A DNA stretch of 64,000 nt from Scenedesmus sp. PABB004 (lineage: Eukaryota): the NCBI GenBank assembly GCA_014905635.1, contig JABVCE010000004.1, positions 992,001 through 1,056,000 on the forward strand, written 5' to 3'. Shown piece after piece: positions 28,065 through 38,615 of the stretch. A program made the translations under genes and the position numbers. The stretch's first letter is position 1; every line of letters begins with the position of its first letter. The notes under the pieces are model-generated. The model made no database searches and was not told where the DNA came from. It saw only the letters and a program-made list of their open reading frames with translations.

Positions 28065-28750
28065 GGCGGCGCGTGCGGCGCGGCGGCAGCGGCAGCCGCC
28101 GCGGCGGGCGTCACTGCTGGCACGGCGCGGTGCGTGCGGCGGCGGGGCGATCGCGGTGTCGGTCCGGCGGCAGCGGCGTCGCGCGGTGTGTCGCGGGGCT
28201 GACGGGAATCGAGGGGGCGGCATATGCGTCCCGGGTCTCGGAACTCGGCCAGTGCGCGCCTGCCGCTGGGCAGCTCGCCGCTCCCTCCACGCGGTCAGAC
28301 AGCCGGCAGCATGGGCGAGACCGACAGCGCCCCCTGCCCCGCGGGCGCCACCATCTGCTGCGCGCTGGACGCCCCGCCCAGCTCGCGGGAGGGCCTGCGC
28401 TGCCGCTTCCCCGGCGCAGGGGACGTGCCAGCGTCCGTGTGCGGCAGCACCGTGTGCTGCACGCCGCCGCCGGGCGCGGTGCGCCGCGCCCGCTGCTGCC
28501 GCTGCCGACGCGGCTGCGCCGCTGCCGCTGGAGGCTGCCCCGCGCTGCTGCTGGCCCCGGCGCCAGGGGGGGCAGCTGGTGCCGTCACAGCTCACGCCGC
28601 GCGCTGCCACCGCGGCACGCGCAGGATGAGGTAGGGGACTGCTTCGCGGTCGTGGACGCCGCAGACCGGGCCATCTATCAGAGCCCCAGCTATGAGGCGC
28701 AGCACCAGAGGTGCGCGCGCCGCTAGGGGCAGCAGAGGGGGCAGGGGGGC
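28018..28750. repeat. Inverted repeat, right arm (GAPDH exon 1, bidirectional promoter, PGK-like exons 1-2)
   Basis: Near-identical reverse complement of 25130-25880. Confidence 0.92.
28065..28310. promoter_or_regulatory. Putative bidirectional promoter between GAPDH and PGK-like (second copy at 25573-25833)
   Basis: 246 bp between divergent ATGs at 28064 and 28311. Confidence 0.7.
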
Positions 28751-30424
28751 GTGCGGCAGCCGCGCACAGCTCAGCCTCGCCACCGCCGCCGCCGCCTGGC
28801 AGGCTCGCGCAGGCGGGTGCGTCCAGCACCCTCGACAGCTGCATTGAGACCCTGCTGTCGCCGCGCCTGGACCTGGCGGCGCTGCCAGCGGGCGCGCTGC
28901 GCGGCAAGCGCGTGCTGCTGCGCGCCGACCTCAACCTGCCGCTCGGGCCGGGCGGCGGCGTGACCGACGCCACGCGGCTCGAGTCGCTGCTGCCGACGCT
29001 GCGGCTGCTGCTGGCGGGCGGCGCGCGCGTCGCGATCGCGTCGCACTTAGGCCGGCCTGAGCCGGCGCGCCAGAGCGAGGAGGAGATGCGTCGGCGCTTC
29101 AGCCTCGCGCCCGTCGCCGCGCTGCTGGAGCGGCTGCTGCCGGCCGGCGCGTTCGCGGGCCTGGCGCCCGACTGCGTCGGCCCCCAGGCCGCCGCGGCCG
29201 TCGACGCGCTGCAGCCCGGGCAGGTGCGGGTGGGCAGCGGCAGCGGCGGCCCGCGCCGCCGACGCCGTTGCCGACGCGCTGCCGCCGCTGCCGACACGCC
29301 GCCGCCGCCGCTGCGTCGCGGCAGGCGTGCCTGCTCGAGAACCTGCGCTTCCACGCGGGCGAGGCGAGCAACGACCCTGCCTTTGCGGCGTCGCTCGCAG
29401 CGCTGGGTGACGTGTGCGTGAACGACGCGTTCGGCGTCGTCCACCGCGACCAGGCCAGCGTCACGGTGCGCGGCGCGGCCGCCGCCGCGCCGCTGCCGCA
29501 CGGCCGCCGCTGCGCGACTGCAGGCGCGGCCGCCGACGCGGCCGCCGCCCGCTTGCCCGCGCGCGCAGGGCGTGCTCTGCCACCTGCGCGGGTACCCAGG
29601 GATGCTGCTGCGCGCGGAGCTGCGCCACCTGCACGGCGTGCGCGCCGCGCCGGCGCGCCCGTTTGCTGTCGTGCTGGGCGGCGCCAAGGTGAAGGACAAG
29701 CTCCCCGTGCTGGCCGCCCTGATCGCGCAGCAGCACGCGCCCGACCTGCTGCTCGTCGGCGGCCGCATGGCGTTCACCTTCCTCGCCGCCGAGGGCGTCG
29801 CCGTGGGCGCGACCCAGGTCGAGGGCGAGTGGTTGCAGGCCTGCCGCGACATGCGCGGCGCGGCGGCGGCGCGCGGCGTGCGCCTGCTGCTGCCGCGCGA
29901 CGCGGTCGTCGCGCGGTCGCTGGACGACGACCGCGGCTGCTGCACCGTGCCGCTCACGCGCGGCTGCTGCAGCGCCGACGCGCCGTGCGTGCCCGCGGGT
30001 GAGCGGCCAGTCACGCGCGCGCGCTCGCCGGCCGCGCGCGCACGTCGCTCAGCGCGCCCCGCCCCGCCGCGCGCCGCGCCGCGCAGGCTGCCACGGGCTG
30101 GACATTGGCCCGGCGAGCGCCGCCGCGTTTGCCGAGGCGCTGGTGGGCTGCCGCACCGTCTTTTGGAACGGCCCGATGGGCCGCTTCGAGGTGCCCGGCT
30201 TTGCCGCGGGCACCGCCGCGCTCGCGCGCGCCGTGGGCGCCGCGACCGAGGCCGGCGCGACGACCGTGATCGGCGGCGGCGACTCGGTCGCCGCGCTCAA
30301 CCAGCTGCGCCCGCGGCCGGCGGTCAGCTTTGTGAGCACCGGCGGCGGCGCCAGCCTGGAGCTCATCCAGGGCCGCCTGCTGCCGGGCCTGCGCGCGCTC
30401 GCCGACGACGGCCGCGCAGCGTGA
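28311..30424 (+). CDS. Phosphoglycerate kinase-like protein with Cys-rich N-terminal module
   Basis: [71 protein letters not shown]. Exons 28311-28478 and 28625-28710 splice in phase to 28803. TGTAA near 30436. Confidence 0.9.
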
Positions 30425-30509
30425 GCTGCAACGCCTGTAACCCGCTGCGTGCCCACCACCCCGATCTCCCGAGCGCACGCGGCCCAGTCGGCCGTCCCCT
30501 CGCTCAAGC

Positions 30510-31157
30510 ATGGCGCTCACCATCAGCACCGCCGCGCCGCGCCGGGCCGCCGTCGCCGCGCGGCGCGTGCCGGCGGCGCCGCCGCGCCGCACCGCGGTCG
30601 CTGTGCGCGCCTCCGCCTTCCAGGCGCCCTCCCACGGGGCCGCCCGCGCTATGGCAGGGGCGGCGGCGGTGGCCGCGGCGGCGGCGCTGCTGCTGTCCAG
30701 CCCGCCCGCGCTCGCAGCGGTGCCGTCCCCGGCCGAGGGCGCCACGCGCGAGGCCACCCGCGGCCTCGCGCCCCGCCGCGGCGCCCTGGCACCCGACGTG
30801 GCCGGCCAGGAGCGTGAGTGGCGCACGCTGGCGGCGGGCGCGCGCGCGCTGCAGGCGCGACCCGCGGTGCGCGCGCCGCCCGCGCCCGCAGGCGCGGGCC
30901 AGCCCGGCGCGGCGGCGCGCACGGCCGCGATGCGCCGCACGTTTGTCGCGGCCAGCAAGGAGAACCAGGACTTCGCGATGCAGGCGCGGCCGGGTGGCAG
31001 GCGGCGGCGGGCGAGGCCCGGCGATCGCGCGCGGCCCCTGCGCGGGCGCGCCCCCACGCCGCCCGCTCCCTGCCGCGCCCCGCAGAAGTACCCGGAGAGC
31101 GGCGTGCGCTGGCGCCGCGGCTGGCCCAACACCGAGGGCGCGGAGGGCCCGCAGTGA
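30510..31157 (+). CDS. Small plastid protein, possibly thylakoid lumen, of unknown function
   Basis: Transit-like leader (VAVRAS), then hydrophobic AAAAALLLSSPPALA. Two in-frame introns, the second with a GC donor at 30984. Confidence 0.6.
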   Translation: MALTISTAAPRRAAVAARRVPAAPPRRTAVAVRASAFQAPSHGAARAMAGAAAVAAAAALLLSSPPALAAVPSPAEGATREATRGLAPRRGALAPDVAGQEREWRTLAAGARALQARPAVRAPPAPAGAGQPGAAARTAAMRRTFVAASKENQDFAMQARPGGRRRRARPGDRARPLRGRAPTPPAPCRAPQKYPESGVRWRRGWPNTEGAEGPQ

Positions 31158-31499
31158 GCCCAGCACGCGCGGTGCGGCCGCTGGCGTCGCCGACGCGAGT
31201 TGGAGATTGCGTCGCGCGAGGCCGCTCGAGTTGCAACACGGAACCGCGCAGCCACGCGGCCCTGCAGCCGTCGTTCGCTAGCGCCGCCAATGCGGCAGCG
31301 CACAGCCCGCAGCAAGCCCTGCCCGATCACCTGGTCCAAAACTGCGGCCGGCCGCCGCGCGACAGCAGGCGCCGCAGCGCCGCACCAAAAAGAAGGGGGA
31401 GGCGCGCGCCTTGCCGCCCGGGCGCCCGCGGCGGGCGGGGCGCCCCAAAATCGCAGTCCAGGCAGGCCGGGTGTGGCGCGCGTGCCGGCGGCGGGGCGC

Positions 31500-32209
31500 T
31501 CACCACTCCCGCTTTGCAAAGCGCTGCTTGAGCGCGGCGCCCGTGTTGTTGGGCCGCCCCTTGACGACGCCCTTGTAGACCTTGAACCTGCGGCACGGCG
31601 GGGGCCGCGGCAGGGGCGCAGCGCGGCGCGGTCGGCGCGGTCAGGCGTCAGGGCCGCCGCCGCCGCCGCTGCCGCCAGCGCCTCGGCCGCCGCCGGCGAC
31701 GGACGGACCGGCTCTTGGGGCTCGAGCACACGGGGCACTTGAACGAGCCGGGGGCCTTTTTGATGTCGCCGTCAGGGTAGATCCACCCGCAGTCGATGCC
31801 TGCGAGCGGAGGCGGTAGGCTGGCGGTCAGCCAGCTCCAGAGCCAGCACAGGCGGCCGTGGACGGCGGCAGCACGCACAGATGAAGTAATTCGGGCTGGC
31901 GGCGCGGCCGCCGGCGCCGCCGCTCTCGGCCTTCTTGCCGCCGAACAGGCCCCCAAAGAGCGCCTGCGGCACCGCGGCCTTGCGGGAGACGCTGGGGCGC
32001 GACAGGGGCACGACCTGCGGGCGGCGAGCGTCGCATCTGCTGCTGCTGCTGCTGCTGCTGCTGCTCGCCCGCGCTGCGCGCATTGGACCGCGCTCCATTC
32101 CCGCGCTCCACCTCCCAGCATCACCGCTGTAGCCGGCCCGCACCTTGCCGCGCAGCAGCGCTGAGCGGCCTGCGGCGGCAGCCGCACTCGGCACCCGGAG
32201 CGCCTGCAT
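31500..32209 (-). CDS. Plastid rubredoxin-like protein
   Basis: Spliced FICIDCGWIY...FKCPVCSSPKSRFK gives two CxxC motifs. Transit-like N-terminus. Confidence 0.85.
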
Positions 32210-32625
32210 CGGTTCCTGCGGCGGCTGGTCGGGAAGGGAGGGGCCGGGTGTGTCTTAACTGCTGCGGCCAGCAGCGCGGCCGCCCGGGCGTTAACCGCTG
32301 CGTGCGCGCGTGGCGCAGCGACCGCTGCACCCCGCGTCAATGACGTTCCCTGCGCGTCGGCCGCCGCCCATGCCCGCTGCTGCCCTCACACCGGCCACAC
32401 CCTCTGTCCCGCACGCCGCCGCGGCCGGAGCCGCCAGCTGCCCTCGCCACGCCGTCGGCGGCGCTGCTCGACAGCGCTGCTATCCCAGGCTCCGAGCGCC
32501 GCAGCTCGCGCACCGCACTCTCACACACCGATCGAGACTGCAGCCGCGGCCATGCAGGCCGCGCGGCGGGACTAGGCGCAGCCGGGGCGCGGCAGGGGCG
32601 CGCGCATCACATCGCGAGCAGCAGC

Positions 32626-33648
32626 ATGGCCGCCCCGGAGCACATCGCCGACGCCCCTGAGCTGGAGGCCTTTGCGGCGTGCCCTCCTGAGAGCCGCGTC
32701 GTGAGCGACCGCCTGCGCGGCGTGCTGGCCGAGACGGCCTGCACCGGCGTCGTCCGCTTCCGCTGGCCGCTGCTGCGGCCGCTGCTCGCGCACCTGCTGG
32801 AGGCGCAGCTGCGTGAGTTCGAGGCCGCCGAGCACGTGGAGGTGGGCCCCGCGCGCCCGCTGCTGGCGGGCGACGAGGACGTGGCGGCGCTCGCGGAGCG
32901 CTTCGGCGCGCTGCTGCGCGGCTTTGCGGCGCCGCCGTGGACGCTGCAGCGGCTCTGCGAGCTCGCGCTCGAGCCGCGGAAGCAGTACAAGCGCCTGCAC
33001 AAGCTCGCGCTGGCGCTGGAGAAGCTGCTGCTCGTCACGGGCGAGGCGGCGGTCACGGCGCAGCCGCCGCCGCCGCCGCTGCTGAGCGCGCTGGCGCGCG
33101 TCAACGAGCCGCCGCCCGGCGCTGCAGCGGCAGCCGGCGGCGGCGCGCCGGGCGTGGGCCAGAAGCGGCCGCGCGAGGGCGACGGCGGCGGCCTCGCCGC
33201 GGCGGCGCTCACGGTGAAGCAGCAGCAGCCGGAGCAGGGCGCCGGCGCGGCGCCAGCGGGCGCGGCGCCGGCCGCGGGCGCGGCGCCAGCAGGCGCGGCG
33301 CCGGCCGCGGGCGCGGCCGCAGCGGCAGCCGCGCCCGCGGCGGGCGACGCAGCGGCAGCGGCACCGGCGGCGGCGGCCGCTGACGCGGACGCGGCGGCCG
33401 AGCCCGGCGGCAGCGACGCCGACGGCGGCGGTGCGGCGGCGGGCCCTGCGCCGGAGGCGGCCCCGGCCGCGGCGGACCGGCAGCCTGGCGCCGCGCTCGA
33501 AGCTGGCGCGCCGGCGGAAGCGGCGGCGGCGGCGGCGGCGGAGGGCGCGCCCATGGAGGTGGACGCGGCAGCTGCGCGCAAAGCGGGCGGCGCGGCTAAC
33601 GCGGGCCCCTCGCCAGCCGCGGCGGCGCCCGCCAACGGCGCCGCGTGA
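32626..33648 (+). CDS. PPP4R2: Protein phosphatase 4 regulatory subunit 2 (PP4R2)
   Basis: RWPLLRPL and FAAPPWTLQRLCELALEPRKQYK...LALEKLLLVT. Single exon. Confidence 0.85.
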   Translation: MAAPEHIADAPELEAFAACPPESRVVSDRLRGVLAETACTGVVRFRWPLLRPLLAHLLEAQLREFEAAEHVEVGPARPLLAGDEDVAALAERFGALLRGFAAPPWTLQRLCELALEPRKQYKRLHKLALALEKLLLVTGEAAVTAQPPPPPLLSALARVNEPPPGAAAAAGGGAPGVGQKRPREGDGGGLAAAALTVKQQQPEQGAGAAPAGAAPAAGAAPAGAAPAAGAAAAAAAPAAGDAAAAAPAAAAADADAAAEPGGSDADGGGAAAGPAPEAAPAAADRQPGAALEAGAPAEAAAAAAAEGAPMEVDAAAARKAGGAANAGPSPAAAAPANGAA

Positions 33649-34016
33649 GCTCACTCGAGCCTGACTCGGCCGTCGAACAGCGGAAGTTCCGGTAACACTG
33701 CTCCGCCGCGCCCGTGGCCGCACGCTGCAACGCCTGCGCCAGCCACCGCGCGGCCCGCCGCCACAAAGCAAGCAGAGCGGGTTCCCAAAGCGATAAAGAC
33801 AGATCAGCCATTGCGCTGTGCGGCAGGCGCTCAGGCGCCCGCGGCCAGCCAGCCAGAGCGCTGGCGCCAGGCCGCGGCACAGGTCGCGCGCGGCCCCGAG
33901 CCACTCGAGCGGAATCCCTCCCCGAGACGCACACACGCACCGCCCCGCACCCTCCCCATCCGATCTGGTCCGCGCCCCGACGAGGCTGCGCCGCGCCGCG
34001 CCGCGCGCCTCGCGCC

Positions 34017-34838
34017 TCACGCGTTGCTGTCCGAGTCGCGGCTCGGCGCGGCGTAGAGCGCGCCGGGGCCGCCCAGGCTGCCGCGCGGGAGGCTGCCGCG
34101 CGTGAAGGAGCGGCTGTAGCTGCCGCTGACCATCGTCATCGTCGACTTGAAGCTCCCGCGCACCACGATCGGCTCGCTCGGCGCGCCCAGGCCCGCCGCG
34201 CCGATGGGCAGCGCGCCGCCGCGCGGCGCGGCCGGCGACAGCAGCGGCGCGACCTCGGCGCCGGCCGCCGGGCCGGCGAGCGCCTCGGTGACCGCCGCGG
34301 AGAGCGCCGCCTTGCTGCCCTCCTCGTCGCCGCGGCCGTACACGACCGTGCCCGCCACGAGCACGACGAAGCTGCGCCGCGGCGGGAGGGAGGGGGGCGG
34401 GAGCGGGCGCGTGTGGGCCGGCGGCGCTCGGCGAGGCGGGCGCGTGCGCGCTGCCCCACGCAGCTCGCACGTAACCCGCCGCCGTGGTCACCGCCACCGC
34501 CTGCGGCGCCGCGCCGCGCGCGCGCGCGGCCCCGCGCGGCGCGCCGCACCCCGCGGCCTGCAGGTAGCTCCACTCCGTCCACGACTCGCCGAGCTGGCCC
34601 ATGCCGAGCGGTGTGTAGAAGAGCAGCAGGCCGAGCAGCCAGACGAAGAGCGTGCGCATGGTCTCGAGCACGGTGCGGAAGACTGCGCCGAGGTGGTCGG
34701 TGACCATCATGCCAGACATGTTGTACGCGAGCAGCGCAAACATGTCGATGCCCAGCACCGCCTGGGGAGAGTGGGGGGGGGGGGTAGAGTGTGTGGAGAG
34801 TGTGGGGCATTGTGTGGTGGGTGTGGGGGGGCGTGTGC

Positions 34839-34879
<41 letters not shown>

Positions 34880-37065
34880 CGGGAGAGAGAGAGGGAGAGA
34901 GAGAGGGAGAGAGAGAGGGAGAGAGCGGGAGAGAGAGAGGGAGGGAGGGAGAGAGGGAGAGAGAGAGGGAGGGTGAGAGAGGGAGGGAGAGAGAGGGAGG
35001 GAGGGAGAGGGAGGGAGAGAGGGCGAGCCAGCAGCGGCGGCGCGGCGCGGCGCGCGCCTGCAGTGGCGGCGAGCTGCGGATCATCGCGACCGTGTCAAAC
35101 GTGTCCTCGTGCAGCCCCAGGCCCTCCGGCCCGGGCAGCCAGTACGCGGCGGGCAGCAGGAGCAGCAGCATGAACGCGCTGCGCGGCAGAGGATGGGGGG
35201 GGGGGGGGGGGGGGGAGCGGTGGGCGGGCGGGCGGGGGGGGGAGGTGGGCGGGCGGAGCGCGGCAGCCGGAGGCCAGCCGCCGCCGCCGGCGCGCGCCGC
35301 GCACGGGCCCCGCCGCGCCGCAGGCCGCCTGTGCCGCTGCCGCGCCTGCCAAAGACGCCCTCGAAGCCCACGATCTTGAGCGGCTCCATCGCGAGGTCGG
35401 CCATGAAAAAGTCCTCAAACGTCAGCTGCGCCGCCTGCACCGCCTGGGTGTGTGTGTGGTGTGGTGTGGTGGTGGTGGTGGGGGGGGGTCAGGGGGTCGG
35501 GGCGCCGGCGCGCGCGCGAGGCGCGCGGGGGGTCGGGGCCGGCGCGCGCGCCGCCGCCCCGGCGGGCGGCGCCGTGCGGCTGCCTCGCCCGCCGCCCCGC
35601 GCGAGGAGGACCTCGGGGCGGACAGCGAGACAGCCGCACGGAGCCGCCCGCCGAGGGCGGCGCCCGGACCACGCCCCGCCCGCCCGCCCCCAGTCACCGC
35701 CCCCGCGCCCGCACGCGCGCACCTGGGAGAGCACGATCAGACCCATGCCCATGAGCATCTCCCGCGTCGACACCACGTGCGTGGCGCTGCCCTCGCCGCC
35801 GAGCACGCTCGACAGGCCGACCATGCAGATGCCCGCCTGCGCGCGCGCACGCACGCGCGCGGCGGCAGCGGCGGCGGCGGCGGCGGTCGTGCGGCGCCGT
35901 CGGCCACGTTCCTGGGGCTCCCGGCCGCCGCCCGTGGCCCACACGCCACGCGCGCGACCAACGCCACGCCGGCCGCGGGCCGGCCAAGCGTCAGTCAACC
36001 CAGCCCCCTCCCCACCCCCCTCACACACGCACGCACGCCGCCGCGCCGCCGCCGCGCGCCGCCGCGCGCCGCCGCACCGCGCAGCAGGCGATGCCGTAGT
36101 AGTGGAAGCGGTTGAGCGTGCGGTGCAAGAACGCGACGGCAAAGAGCGCGGCGAAGAGCATCTCCGCGCCGCGCATCATCTGGTACACGCTCGCGGTCAC
36201 GCTGAGGAGGCCGACGTTCATGAGCACCGTCGCAACGAGGTCAAAGAACGAGGGAATCGCGAGCAGCGCCGTCTCGCGCGCGCTGCCCTTGGCCACGCGG
36301 CCCGCCTGCGTGGCGCGGCGCGGGGTGTGGGGCGGCGCGGGGGGTGGGGCGGCGCGGGGGTGGGGCGGCGCCGCGGCGGCGGCGGCGGCCAACGCGGCGC
36401 GGCGCCGAGCGCGCACCGGGAGCAGCGGCTCCGCGAGGCCCGCGCCGCGCTTCTCCTTCTCCTCCTTCCACTCCTTGTAGTACGCCACCGGCAGGCAGAA
36501 GGTCATGCCTGCGCGCCGCGCGCGGCGGCGTCGAGCGTCGGCGCGCGCCTGGAGCCGCGCCGCGCGCTGCCGCCTGCTGCCGCGCGCTGCGCCGCGCGCT
36601 GCGCCGCGCGCTGCGCCGCGCGCTGCCGCGCGCTGGCGCCCGCCGCCGCGCGCCGGCGCACCCATGAACATAATCGTCGTCATCGCCCAGGGCTTCTGGA
36701 AGAGCTTCTCCTTGCCGTCCAGGCCGACGCCCTTGAGCTCATACACTGCGCGAGGCGGCGCGGAGCAGTGTGAGTGAGGCGGCGGGTCCGGCGCTGCGCC
36801 GTGGCGCGCCGCGCCGCGCGGGCGCCCGCGCGCTGCTCGCCGCGGCGGCGGCCGCCACGGCTGCCGCCGCCGCTGCCACGGCCGCCGCCGCCACGGCCGC
36901 CGCTGCTGCCGCGACCGCCGCTGCAGAGCCTGATCGCGGGCGCTGCTGCCGCCGCGACCGCCGCTGCGACCGCCGGCGCCGCCACGCACCGACTTTGGCG
37001 AAGAGCGATGTGATGGTGCCGAACAGGATCAGGCCGCCCACGGAGAGCGACTTGCCGAGATGCAT
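34017..37065 (-). CDS. SLC35F-like/nucleotide-sugar (DMT) transporter
   Basis: FQKPWAMTTIMFMGM, IPSFFDL, ASVYQMMRGA, PLKIVGFEGVFG, FRTVLETMRTLFVW. Multi-exon with two GC donors. Confidence 0.85.
34842..35021. repeat. (GA)n-rich microsatellite, intronic
   Basis: Visible directly in the sequence. Confidence 0.9.
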
Positions 37066-37412
37066 GGCTGCGAGAGCGCGCCGGCCGCCGCTGCACAAGC
37101 CCTAGGCGCGATTCAGGCCTCCGCGCCTGCTGCTCTCGCGCACGGCGATGTCGGGAGCGCCTGGGCGGATGCGCGGGGCCCCGTGAGGGCGCTGCTCGCG
37201 CCGGCAGGCGCGAGTTTGTCACTTTGTCTGCGTGGTCCCGCGCCCCGATCGCGCCAGAGCCGCTCCCCGTGGACGCTCTCCTTTCACACGCGCTCTCGCC
37301 ACACGCGCCCGCGCGCGCTTCAGGCCCGGCCCGCCGCGCACGCCGACAGCGCGCCGCTGCCGCCCGCTGCTGCCGCGCGCGGCCAGCCCGCCTCCTGCTT
37401 GGGAGGGCCAAG

Positions 37413-38116
37413 ATGCAGCCCGACCAGCACGCACAGCAGGAGCAGCAGCAGGAGCCACCGCCCGGCGATGGCGCGGCGCCCGCGGGCAGCGAAGCCGCCG
37501 CCACCGCCCGCGAGCAGCAGCAGCAACCGCCACCCGGCGCCGGCGGCGCGGCGCCGGACGGCGGCAGCGCGCCGGCGCCGCCGGCGCCGCCGGCGTACAG
37601 CCTGGACGCGCGCGGCAAGATCGAGAACTACGACGAGGCCGACTGGTTTGTGCCGGCCGACCCGCCCTTCAAGCGCCGCGCCGGCGTCGCCGCGGCGATG
37701 GCGGGGCCGACCAAGCCGCATATCTGGAAGCGCGTCAAGCAGCTCGTCGCCGCGGAGAACTACGCCGCGCTGCCCGCGGGTGCGGCGCGGCGCGGCTGCC
37801 TGCGGCGCGGCCGGGCGCGGCCTGCGACGCACGCGGGCGGCCGCCCGCCGCCGGCGCCGACGCCCACGCGGCGTCGGCGCGGCCGCCGGCGCGCGGCGCC
37901 GCAGACGTGCCGACGCACGCGAGCCTGGACGCGCCGCCGAGCATGTACCCGGCCAAGGCCTACTGCGACATCACCGGCCTCGCCGCCCCCTACACCGACC
38001 CGCGCACGCGCCTGCGCTACGCGGGCGCCGACGCGTTCCGCGCCGCGCGGAGCCTCACCGCCGACGAGGTGCAGGCCCGCCTCGCGGTGCGCGGCGCGGC
38101 GACGGTGCTCAAGTGA
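37413..38116 (+). CDS. IES6: INO80 complex subunit C / Ies6 (YL1-C domain)
   Basis: WKRVKQL, SLDAPPSMYPAKAYCDITGLAAPYTDPRTRLRY. One intron. TGTAA near 38386. Confidence 0.9.
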
Positions 38117-38615
38117 GCCGGCGGCGCCCCGGCACCCGCCCCACCCGCTCCACCACCGGCACGGCGGCGCGCGCCCGTCGCGCCGCGGTGCCCGCTCCCG
38201 GCGCGCCGCCGCCGGCTCCGCGCCCGCGCCCCCGGCACGCCGCCATCACGCGCTGCTCCGCCGGCTCGCTGCCGCCCCGCCCGGCGGGGCTGCGGGTCCG
38301 CGCGGCGCGCGCCCGCGCGCCTGGCGGCCGATGACGGCCGCAGCCGGAGTCTGAAGCAGGCGCACTGCCCGCTGCACGGCGCGCCTGTAACCTCTGTCGT
38401 GCCCCCGAGGTGATCGCCCCCCGCCCGCACGTGTGCTGGGGTTCAGGCGCGGCGTGCGAGCGCGGTTGCGGTAGGTGCGGCGGCAGAGGTCACACACGCT
38501 AGCCGCCACCCCGCGCCAACCCTCCTGCAGCCTGCCTCAACTCAGCAATCCCCCCACCGCCGCACGCGCCTCGCTCAACGCTCCTGCACCGCCCCCGCCC
38601 CCTCGCTCCGCCGCC

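Noticed and set aside
25130..28750. Inverted repeats as transposon terminal repeats
   Set aside because: The arms consist of host promoter and exons. No transposase or target-site duplication was seen.
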